A stretch of 62,648 nucleotides of DNA from Bacillota bacterium (GTDB lineage Bacteria > Bacillota > Clostridia > Tissierellales > Dethiosulfatibacteraceae), in assembly GCA_033549325.1 (NCBI GenBank), contig JAWSUU010000001.1:1-62648 (forward strand), given 5' to 3'. Positions within the stretch are counted from its first letter, which is position 1, and the number at the start of each line of letters is the position of its first letter. The position numbers were made by a program, and so were the translations under genes. Positions 53,328-61,302 of the stretch are shown here, piece by piece. The notes beneath the pieces were generated by a model. That model saw only the letters and a list, made by a program, of their open reading frames with translations. It was not told the DNA's origin and did not search any database.

Positions 53328-54569
53328 ATGTACTACTATAAATACAATAACAAGTATCTGTTATCAAAAAATGAGTATAGAAACCTGGAGAAAGTATCCC
53401 CCAACGAATGCTTCTCGAATGATGAAATTATATATTTTTTAGGTAAATTGGACCCTGAGAAATCAAAGGATAGCTTCTGTTTGTCTTGTCCTTCTTTGAT
53501 GGATATTGAGGAAGAAACCTTAGAAATTTTAAAGGAACAAAGTTATGTGGATAAAGTAAGCTATCCAATAATAAAAAAAATATACGATAGAAAAATTAAA
53601 TTTATAAATACAAATAAAAAAAATTGGAAAGAAAATTTAGATTTTGTAATGCCTAAAAAGTGGAAAATAAACATACTTGCTTTAGGAGATGTGGGAAGCA
53701 CTCTTCTTATTGGTTTAAAACTTTTAGGAAAAGATTATATAGAAAAAATAGGAATATACGACAAATCAAAAAACAACACCCTTCGATGGGAAAAAGAATT
53801 AGGTCAGATTGTTTTTCCTTTTGAAGATGGAAAACTTCCTAAAGTTGATGTAGTTGATTATGAAAATCTTTTTGACTGTGACATGTTTGTTTTTTGTGCT
53901 ACAAAGGCAGTCCCATCTTTAAATTCCAATGTCAAAGATGTTAGAATGGTTCAATTTGAAGGAAATTCGAAAATTATAGAAGAATATGCTAAGCTTGCTA
54001 GAAAGAAAAACTATAAAGGAATTTTTGCGGTAGTTTCAGATCCAGTAGATCTTCTATGTAAAAAAGCTTTCTTATCAGCTAATACAAATGAAAAAGGAGA
54101 ATTTGATGGTTTAGGCATACCCGGAGAAAGAATTAAAGGCTACGGTTTAGGAGTAATGAATGCTCGAGCAACCTACTATGCTGAAAAAAATGGAAAAACA
54201 ATCAATTATTCAAAAGAAGGTAGAGCTTTCGGACCCCATGGCAAAGGCTTAATTATCGCTAATTCTGTTGCAAACTATAATGAAGAACTATCTGAAATGT
54301 TAACCCAAAAAACAATAAAGGCTAATTTAGAAATCAGAGACTTAGGATTTAAACCTTACATAGGACCTGCATTATCCTCTGGAGCTATATCTATTATAAA
54401 CACCATTTCCAATAAATGGCACTACTCTGCTAACTTTATTGGAGGAGTTTTCATGGGTAGCAATAACAGAAACCTAGAAAGTGGTCTTGAATTCGAGAGA
54501 TTAGACCTCCCGGAGGAATTATTTATAAAAATCGAATCAACATACAATATGTTAAAGGAAATTATTTAA
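53328..54569 (+). CDS. divergent lactate/malate dehydrogenase-fold protein with ~110-aa N-terminal extension
   Basis: 413 aa. Rossmann KINILALGDVGSTLLIG (GDVG at 53685..53696), VSDPVDLL (LDH: SNPVD), GVMNARATYY (LDH: LDSARFR), and GPHG (His at 54237..54239; LDH: GEHG). The RBS AAGGAGGAG lies inside the end of the giant gene. Confidence 0.65.
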   Translation: MYYYKYNNKYLLSKNEYRNLEKVSPNECFSNDEIIYFLGKLDPEKSKDSFCLSCPSLMDIEEETLEILKEQSYVDKVSYPIIKKIYDRKIKFINTNKKNWKENLDFVMPKKWKINILALGDVGSTLLIGLKLLGKDYIEKIGIYDKSKNNTLRWEKELGQIVFPFEDGKLPKVDVVDYENLFDCDMFVFCATKAVPSLNSNVKDVRMVQFEGNSKIIEEYAKLARKKNYKGIFAVVSDPVDLLCKKAFLSANTNEKGEFDGLGIPGERIKGYGLGVMNARATYYAEKNGKTINYSKEGRAFGPHGKGLIIANSVANYNEELSEMLTQKTIKANLEIRDLGFKPYIGPALSSGAISIINTISNKWHYSANFIGGVFMGSNNRNLESGLEFERLDLPEELFIKIESTYNMLKEII

Positions 54570-55603
54570 TGGAAAATATACTGATTTGTCCTGAAAAACC
54601 TAGTGAAATCCTTAGAGATATGATATCTTCAGCCAATATAGGTGGTTTTTTTAAGGAATATTATGGCAACTATCAGAATTTGGATTTTTCTAATAAGAGA
54701 ATTCTGTTTGCTGTAGAACTTGGAGATTCAGGTGTAAATATTAAATTGTATAAGTTGATAAATATGTTGCGAATTAGAAAAGGAAAACCTATGGCAAATT
54801 CTATTGCAGGTGTAATGATACACTGTAATAGTGAGTTGTATACTAGAAGTGAAGCTAGAAACCTTATATTTGGTTGTAATTCAATGGGATGTTCCTTCCC
54901 AGGCAAACCTCTAGTTGAAGCTACGGAAAGTCTTAAGAATTTCATTAATTACGAAAAATATTTCAATATGACATTGAAAGAAGCCTGTTTAAATAGTTGC
55001 ATTGAACTTTCAGAAAGAGTGTTAAGTTTTGATAATAGTAAAATTAAAAATCCTAAAATATTAGTATTACATTCAAGCAATTCAGAAACTTCCAACACCT
55101 ATATGCTTTGGAAGTTAGTTGAAAAGAATCTAATAAATGCAAAATTAAAAGAAATACATATTGGCCAGGAGCAGATAATAGACTGTAAGGGATGCTCTTT
55201 TAAAACCTGTACTCACTTTGGTCTTCAGAACAACTGTTATTATGGTGGTATTATGGTTGAGGAAATATATCCCTCTATTATAGATACAGATTATCTTGTT
55301 TTATTATGTCCAAATTATAATGATTCTATTACAGCAAATATAAGTGCCGCCATTAATCGATTAACAGCGCTTTATAGAAAAACACCTTTTTATGATAAAT
55401 CTCTTTATTCAGTTATAGTTTCCGGTCATTCAGGAAGCGATATATTAGCTAAACAACTTATAAGTGGATTAAATATAAATAAAACCTTTAAACTTCCAGG
55501 AGAATTTGCTTTAATGGAAACTGCAAATTATCCAAAAGATGTGTTAAAGGTTCCCGATATTGAAAAAAAAGCTAAATCCTTTGCTGAAAATATTCTACGG
55601 TAA
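54569..55603 (+). CDS. two-domain protein: unknown N-domain + Isf-like flavodoxin-fold FMN reductase with Cys cluster
   Basis: 344 aa. Start overlaps the upstream stop (TAATG). The C-half has ILVLHSSNSETSNT (FMN phosphate loop position), CKGCSFKTCTHFGLQNNC (C-x2-C-x4-C-x8-C) and LVLLCPNYNDSITA. Confidence 0.6.
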   Translation: MENILICPEKPSEILRDMISSANIGGFFKEYYGNYQNLDFSNKRILFAVELGDSGVNIKLYKLINMLRIRKGKPMANSIAGVMIHCNSELYTRSEARNLIFGCNSMGCSFPGKPLVEATESLKNFINYEKYFNMTLKEACLNSCIELSERVLSFDNSKIKNPKILVLHSSNSETSNTYMLWKLVEKNLINAKLKEIHIGQEQIIDCKGCSFKTCTHFGLQNNCYYGGIMVEEIYPSIIDTDYLVLLCPNYNDSITANISAAINRLTALYRKTPFYDKSLYSVIVSGHSGSDILAKQLISGLNINKTFKLPGEFALMETANYPKDVLKVPDIEKKAKSFAENILR

Positions 55604-55604
55604 T

Positions 55605-56126
55605 TTACTTGTCTATACCTTCTCTAGATAGTACTCCTTTTTCACCGTAATAATGTTTAATTTCTTTCATTTCAGTAACTAAATCCGCATAATCTATTAA
55701 AGATTGCTCTGCATATCTACCAGTAATTATTACTTCAATGTTTTTCTTTCTATCATCTATTGTTTTAATTAAATCTTCAGATGAAAATAGTTTAAAATAT
55801 ATAGCTATAGTTGCTTCATCTAATATTACTACCTCATAATTACTTTTCGACAGTATGTTATATATCTTATTTAAACCCTTTTTTGCAGCTATAATATCCT
55901 CTTCTTTTGGATCTTCAAACACAAAACAACCTTTACCTAGCTGTTCTATAGTCAAACTGTCAAAATATTCTGTAAGTTTAGTTTCACTGTATTTCATATC
56001 TTTTACAAATTGGCCTATATATACTTTCTTTCCAGCACACAAGGCTCTAACAGCTAATCCGAAGGCTGCCGTCGTTTTACCTTTTCCATTGCCAGTATAT
56101 ACGTGTACATATCCTCTATCTTCCAT
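55605..56126 (-). CDS. cobO: cob(I)yrinic acid a,c-diamide adenosyltransferase (CobA/CobO/BtuR type)
   Basis: 173 aa. HVYTGNGKGKTTAAFG P-loop and ILDE block, typical of CobA-type ATP:corrinoid adenosyltransferases. Confidence 0.85.
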   Translation of the reverse strand: MEDRGYVHVYTGNGKGKTTAAFGLAVRALCAGKKVYIGQFVKDMKYSETKLTEYFDSLTIEQLGKGCFVFEDPKEEDIIAAKKGLNKIYNILSKSNYEVVILDEATIAIYFKLFSSEDLIKTIDDRKKNIEVIITGRYAEQSLIDYADLVTEMKEIKHYYGEKGVLSREGIDK

Positions 56127-56139
56127 CTATCTACCTTTC

Positions 56140-56883
56140 CTATATCTTTAAATTTGCCAGTAGCAAAAATCCTATCTGAGCGAATTCATTTATAAATCCT
56201 AATGTATCTCCAGTAGTACCATCTATTTTTTTAATTATTCTTTTAGTTATAATTCCAGTTAGAGCAAAGATAAGCACCATGGGTATTAACAGCATATAGT
56301 TCAATAATAATCCAATTGCAAATGCAAATATAAATGCAGAATTTCTAACATTTTTATCCGACAAGGTCACAAATTTATATCCTAAGCCTTCTTCCTCTTT
56401 TGCATAATCACTCATATATGCCGAAAGCATTGTGGCTGATTTTCCCACTATCGGCATCAACAAGATACTTTTTATACTGCTTTCTCCAAGTAATATCACA
56501 TAAGCAACCGTCACAAATATTAATCCAAGAGCACCAAAGGTTCCCAATCTACTGTCTTTCATAATTTCTAGCTGCATATCTTTTTCTCTACCACTTAAAA
56601 GTCCATCTAAGGTATCACCCAATCCGTCTAAATGTATTCCTCCTGATATCCAAAGATAGAAAAGAGTCAGAATCAAACCCACCACGTAAGTTGAATAAAT
56701 AAAGGAAAAAAACTTTAACATCCCAAGACCTATTCCTATAATTATTCCTACAACAGGCAAAAATATAATTCCTAATTTATAATCCCTATCATCAAATTCT
56801 GTTTGTTGCTTTAAAGGAATTCTTGTAAAAAATGTTATCATTAAAAATATGCTTTTTGAGCTGTTAAATAAAATATTTTTCAT
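56140..56883 (-). CDS. cobS: adenosylcobinamide-GDP ribazoletransferase (cobalamin synthase)
   Basis: 247 aa polytopic protein. FFTRIP start and GGIHLDGLGDTLDG motif. Confidence 0.85.
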   Translation of the reverse strand: MKNILFNSSKSIFLMITFFTRIPLKQQTEFDDRDYKLGIIFLPVVGIIIGIGLGMLKFFSFIYSTYVVGLILTLFYLWISGGIHLDGLGDTLDGLLSGREKDMQLEIMKDSRLGTFGALGLIFVTVAYVILLGESSIKSILLMPIVGKSATMLSAYMSDYAKEEEGLGYKFVTLSDKNVRNSAFIFAFAIGLLLNYMLLIPMVLIFALTGIITKRIIKKIDGTTGDTLGFINEFAQIGFLLLANLKI

Positions 56884-56892
56884 ATATTCCTC

Positions 56893-57642
56893 CTAAGTGT
56901 ATATACCAATCCTTTCAATAGGTTTATTAACAAGCTTTTTAATTTCTTCAATAGAAATAATATCTTTATCTATTGTTGCTATACAGCAGGTTGCTGGTCC
57001 TGAAGATTTTTCAATGTTTATTTTTTTATTTTTATAGAATTTTAAATTTAACTTCCTATTCTTAGAGATATTTTTCGATTCATATTTAATCCCTTTTGAT
57101 CCTACGGGAACTATATCAACAACACCTTTAATACTTCTAAGAACTCTAACAGTTGAAGCATCAATGTTTTCACTTTGATTTATCAGCACTTCTTCTCCTA
57201 CCTTAGGTTTTCCTACTAAAATTAGTTCGTTTTGAGATTTAGTATTATAGAATTTAAAATCTTTAACTTTTTTATATCCTATTGCTACCATCCCTAATGA
57301 TGTTTGATAGGTTTTAAAGTTCTCTTCAGTACTTCCCGTAAGCTTTATACTATCATCAGAATAGTTTTCATTTAGATATTTATTAATTCCCTCTATTATC
57401 ATCTTTCCAGTATCATTCATTTCGGCACAAACATTATTCACAATAACTTTTGGAGTTACTCCCAAAGCTTCTAGTTCAGAAGTTATAACATTTACGGTAT
57501 AGAATCCGGTTATTTCAGGAGGAACTTTAAATTCATCCATTTCTTTTAATCCTATGCCCCCGCTGGAATCACATGCTATAAAAATTTTCAAATCATTTTC
57601 TAAATCTATTACAGATACATCTCTATAATTTTCTTCCTTCAT
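56893..57642 (-). CDS. PurM/ThiL-fold protein in the cob cluster, putative alpha-ribazole kinase (CblS-like)
   Basis: 249 aa. IACDSSGGIG N-terminal motif reminiscent of AIR-synthase-related kinases. Wedged between cobU and cobS. The assignment rests on memory of CblS and on context. Confidence 0.45.
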   Translation of the reverse strand: MKEENYRDVSVIDLENDLKIFIACDSSGGIGLKEMDEFKVPPEITGFYTVNVITSELEALGVTPKVIVNNVCAEMNDTGKMIIEGINKYLNENYSDDSIKLTGSTEENFKTYQTSLGMVAIGYKKVKDFKFYNTKSQNELILVGKPKVGEEVLINQSENIDASTVRVLRSIKGVVDIVPVGSKGIKYESKNISKNRKLNLKFYKNKKINIEKSSGPATCCIATIDKDIISIEEIKKLVNKPIERIGIYT

Positions 57643-57644
57643 AT

Positions 57645-58229
57645 CTACCTCTCGTCAAATTTTTCTTCAAGACTTTTTATATCTATTCCTATACCGGATA
57701 CGGTCAAATATACTTTGTCAGATCTATCTGAAATATACTGATTGACTCTTCCTGCTGTATCTCTATACATTCTGGTAAATCTATTAATTGGTACTATTCC
57801 CATGCCTATTTCATTAGATACTAATACTGCTATTTTTCCCTGGTTTTTTATTAAGGTAATTAATTCATCTATGTCTTCAATTATTTTTTTTTCTATTTTA
57901 TCATATTCTAATATTTCCGTATTATCGTCTAATTCTTCTTCTACAAATACGTTTGATATCATAACTGTAATACAATCCAGAAGTACTATGTCAGATTTTT
58001 TAAAATTTTCAAATTCTTCTAATTCTTTGAAGTCTTTATATTTTTCTATCAAAAGCCAATCATCAGGTCTATCTTCTTTATGTTTTTTTATTCTATCTTT
58101 CATCTCTTCATCAAAGGGTACTGAAGTAGCTAAATAAAGAACCTTACCCTCCTCTGTTTTACATATTTTCTCAGCAAAATTGCTTTTACCGCTTCTAGCA
58201 CCACCTGTAACTAAAATCACTTCACTCAT
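57645..58229 (-). CDS. cobU: adenosylcobinamide kinase / adenosylcobinamide-phosphate guanylyltransferase
   Basis: 194 aa. VTGGARSGKS P-loop. Size and C-terminal blocks typical of CobU/CobP. Confidence 0.85.
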   Translation of the reverse strand: MSEVILVTGGARSGKSNFAEKICKTEEGKVLYLATSVPFDEEMKDRIKKHKEDRPDDWLLIEKYKDFKELEEFENFKKSDIVLLDCITVMISNVFVEEELDDNTEILEYDKIEKKIIEDIDELITLIKNQGKIAVLVSNEIGMGIVPINRFTRMYRDTAGRVNQYISDRSDKVYLTVSGIGIDIKSLEEKFDER

Positions 58230-58239
58230 TTTTCCTCCA

Positions 58240-59817
58240 CTAATCTTTAAGTATTTGTTCTGCTACTTTTATTCCATCCATAGATGATGACATAATTCCT
58301 CCGGCATATCCTGCCCCTTCACCACAAGGATATAAACCTTTAATATTACTTTGAAATTCATCATCCCTATCTATTCTTACAGGTGATGAACTTCGAGTTT
58401 CAACTCCTGTTAATATAGCATCAAATCTATTAAAGTTATCTATCTTGTTTCCAAAATAATTTATACCTTCTATTAAGCTTTCAATAACGTATTCCGGTAA
58501 ACATTCCCTTAAGTCTGCAAATTTATATCCAGGCTTATATGATGGTTTTATATCTCCTAATTTAATACTTACTCTATTATTTTCTAAATCTCCAAATAGC
58601 TGTACTGGAGCTTTATAATCCCCTCCTCCTAATTGAAAAGCTTTCCTTTCCCATTTTTGTTGAAATTTAATTCCATCTAAAGGACTATCTATATAATAAT
58701 CTTCCGGAGTTATATTAACCAAAACAGCACTGTTTGAATTTTCAGCATTTCTCTTAAAGTTACTCATACCGTTAGTAACTACAGAATTTTCTTCCGATGA
58801 TGCTCCTATTACATGTCCTCCTGGACACATACAAAAAGTGTAAGTACTTCTATCATTACCGTGATGAACAAGTTTATATTCAGCTGAAGGTAGTAAGTTG
58901 TGCATTTTACCGTACTGGTTGAAGTCAATATCTTCTCTCATATGTTCTATTCTTAAACCTATGGAAAAAGGTTTAGGCGTCATTTGTAAGTATTTATTCA
59001 ACATAAAGAAAGTTTCTCTACTACTGTGTCCAATAGCAATAACTATATGATCTGTTTCAATTTCTCTTTTATCCGTTAAAACTTTTTTAATATTATCATC
59101 TTCTAATACTAAATCATTAAAAGTTTCTTGGAAGTAAAATCTCCCTCCCAGATTTTCTATTTTTTTTCTAATATTAATAACAACTTTCCTTAGATTATCT
59201 GTTCCTATATGAGGGTTTTTTATGTAGTTAATCTCTTCTGGTGCTCCGGCTTCAATAAATTCTTGGAGTACTTTCAAACTTCTATTTTCCTTATCTCTTA
59301 CTAGTGTAGTTAGTTTTCCGTCAGAAAAAGTTCCTGCTCCTCCTTCTCCAAACTGTACATTTGATTTTATATTCAACTCTCCAGTTTTCCAAAAAGTATC
59401 GATGTCTTTTACTCTTTCTTCTACCTTTTTTCCCTGTTCAATTATTATAGGTTTTAAGTTGTTTTCTGCTAGTACTAAAGCACAAAAAAGTCCTGCTGGT
59501 CCTGCACCTATAATAACTGGTGATTTATCCTTTAACCTTAAATTCTTATTATCTATTTTATATTCTTTATCTAAAACTTTAGAAACACTACCTTTTTTTG
59601 CTCTTTTCAGAATACTTTCTTCATTCTTTACCTCTGCATCAACGGAGTACTGATAGGTTATTTTGTTTTTCCTTCTTGCATCAATAGATTGCTTGTTAAT
59701 TTTCCATTTGATTAACTCATCATTTCTAATTTTTAATTTTGTTAATATCTGCTGTTCTATTATTTTATCTTTATTTTTTGAAGATATATCTATTCTTATA
59801 TTACTAATTCTTATCAT
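58240..59817 (-). CDS. FAD-dependent protein (COG2509-type uncharacterised dehydrogenase)
   Basis: 525 aa. Dinucleotide-binding VIIGAGPAGLFCAL and C-terminal GEGAGYAGGI. Confidence 0.6.
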   Translation of the reverse strand: MIRISNIRIDISSKNKDKIIEQQILTKLKIRNDELIKWKINKQSIDARRKNKITYQYSVDAEVKNEESILKRAKKGSVSKVLDKEYKIDNKNLRLKDKSPVIIGAGPAGLFCALVLAENNLKPIIIEQGKKVEERVKDIDTFWKTGELNIKSNVQFGEGGAGTFSDGKLTTLVRDKENRSLKVLQEFIEAGAPEEINYIKNPHIGTDNLRKVVINIRKKIENLGGRFYFQETFNDLVLEDDNIKKVLTDKREIETDHIVIAIGHSSRETFFMLNKYLQMTPKPFSIGLRIEHMREDIDFNQYGKMHNLLPSAEYKLVHHGNDRSTYTFCMCPGGHVIGASSEENSVVTNGMSNFKRNAENSNSAVLVNITPEDYYIDSPLDGIKFQQKWERKAFQLGGGDYKAPVQLFGDLENNRVSIKLGDIKPSYKPGYKFADLRECLPEYVIESLIEGINYFGNKIDNFNRFDAILTGVETRSSSPVRIDRDDEFQSNIKGLYPCGEGAGYAGGIMSSSMDGIKVAEQILKD

Positions 59818-61301
59818 AAATCGAGACCTTTGAAGTTATGTAGAAACCCGAGTAATTTATTCTCAATTTTTTCTACTCCATTTTTAACATCTGATTCTAT
59901 ATTTACAACTACTTTTGGATCGTGCAAAGAGAGTCTCAGTAAAAACCATCCTTTCTCATCAGGATCTTCGCAATTAATTCTAATACCTTCGTAATTCGGT
60001 TCTACTACTTCCCACTCATTAATTTGCGAAACATATTCCTCCAAGTCTTTTATTACTTCATGTCCGTATTTTTTGAAATCTTCTTCAAGAATTTTAAATC
60101 TCAGTTCCTTTTCTTCAAGAGGATCTTTATATCCTACAATTAGGTCCTGTATATTTTTTCCTTCTTTTCTAAGTCTTGCAAATTCTATTAAGATTTTAAT
60201 TATCAAATAAGCACCATCATCTAAGAAATAATTTTCTTTGAATGCACAGTGTCCGCTTGTTTCAATTGCCAACCATGATTCTTTTCCTTCTAAATTTAAT
60301 TTTTTTGATTCTTCTATTACATTTTTATAACCTCTTTTAAATCTGTGGTGAATCCCTCCGCTTTTTTCAATAAATTCTTTTAATCCTTTCGACGTTATAG
60401 AGTCAGTTACTATGTAGGTTTTTGGGTGTTCTTGAAGTATTATTTTTGCTATCAATGCAATAAGTCTATTTCTATTAATTATATTTCCTTCACTGTCTAC
60501 AACAGCTGCTCTATCAACATCTGTATCAAAAATTATTCCTAAATCTGCTTCTTCCTTAAGAACTGTTTTTTGAAGGTCTTTCACTGCTTCAGTATTTTCA
60601 GGGTTTGGTTCATGATTTGGAAAAAATCCATCCGGTTCTAGGTATAAACTACCTTTAATATCAGCTCCCAATGGTTCTAACACATTGATAGGAAAAAATC
60701 CTCCGGCACCATTACCTGCATCTACTATTATCTTAGACCCTTCCAATGGTCTATCTTCTTTTGTTTCTTTTCTTATTATATCTATTAACATATCTGAATA
60801 TCTTTTTATATAATTTATTCTCATGATATTTGCTGGATAATATTCAATATCATGGTTGTAATTTTCGTCGGTTATCTCTAAAACTTTCCTTATGTCATCT
60901 TTATTTAAACTTCCATTCTTAGTAAAAAATTTCATACCGTTTCTTTCATAAGGTAAATGACTTGCAGTAATCATAATACCACCATCTGCCTTCATTTTAT
61001 CATCTTGAGTTGTCATAAACATAGATGGAGTAGATGCTATCCCGCAGTCGTAGACTTCGTGACCTAAAGATTTTAAATATGAAGCTGAATATTCTAAAAT
61101 AGGTTTACCTGTTATCCTGCTGTCTCTTCCTATAGCTATTATTAATTTTTCTTTTTTAGTTTTTTCTTTTAAAAATTCTGCAAATCCAGCTACTATATTA
61201 GCAGCAATTTCTGGAGTTAGATTTACATTTTTTTTGCTCTTATTGTCCTTAAGAGCTACGCCCCTTATGTCGGAACCGTTTTGAAGTTCGTATATATACA
61301 T
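59814..61301 (-). CDS. phosphohexomutase family (phosphomannomutase/phosphoglucomutase)
   Basis: 495 aa. Active-site serine loop ITASHLPYERNG, metal loop FDTDVDRAA, and sugar loop ETSGH. Overlaps the next gene by 4 nt. Confidence 0.75.
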   Translation of the reverse strand: MYIYELQNGSDIRGVALKDNKSKKNVNLTPEIAANIVAGFAEFLKEKTKKEKLIIAIGRDSRITGKPILEYSASYLKSLGHEVYDCGIASTPSMFMTTQDDKMKADGGIMITASHLPYERNGMKFFTKNGSLNKDDIRKVLEITDENYNHDIEYYPANIMRINYIKRYSDMLIDIIRKETKEDRPLEGSKIIVDAGNGAGGFFPINVLEPLGADIKGSLYLEPDGFFPNHEPNPENTEAVKDLQKTVLKEEADLGIIFDTDVDRAAVVDSEGNIINRNRLIALIAKIILQEHPKTYIVTDSITSKGLKEFIEKSGGIHHRFKRGYKNVIEESKKLNLEGKESWLAIETSGHCAFKENYFLDDGAYLIIKILIEFARLRKEGKNIQDLIVGYKDPLEEKELRFKILEEDFKKYGHEVIKDLEEYVSQINEWEVVEPNYEGIRINCEDPDEKGWFLLRLSLHDPKVVVNIESDVKNGVEKIENKLLGFLHNFKGLDL

Positions 61302-61302
61302 T

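Noticed and set aside
48440-55603. Reading the giant-protein operon as an anti-phage defence island.
   Set aside because: It has no nuclease/helicase/ATPase core typical of known defence systems. No mobile-element, integrase or other defence genes lie nearby. The flanks are housekeeping and metabolic genes, and control is by a metabolite-type GntR repressor. I cannot fully exclude it without homology searches.
58230-58239. A cobalamin riboswitch upstream of cobU.
   Set aside because: The gap is 10 nt and holds only the RBS. I recognised no B12-box-like element (the conserved AdoCbl-riboswitch core) in the 3' end of the preceding gene by eye. A covariance-model scan would be needed to be certain.
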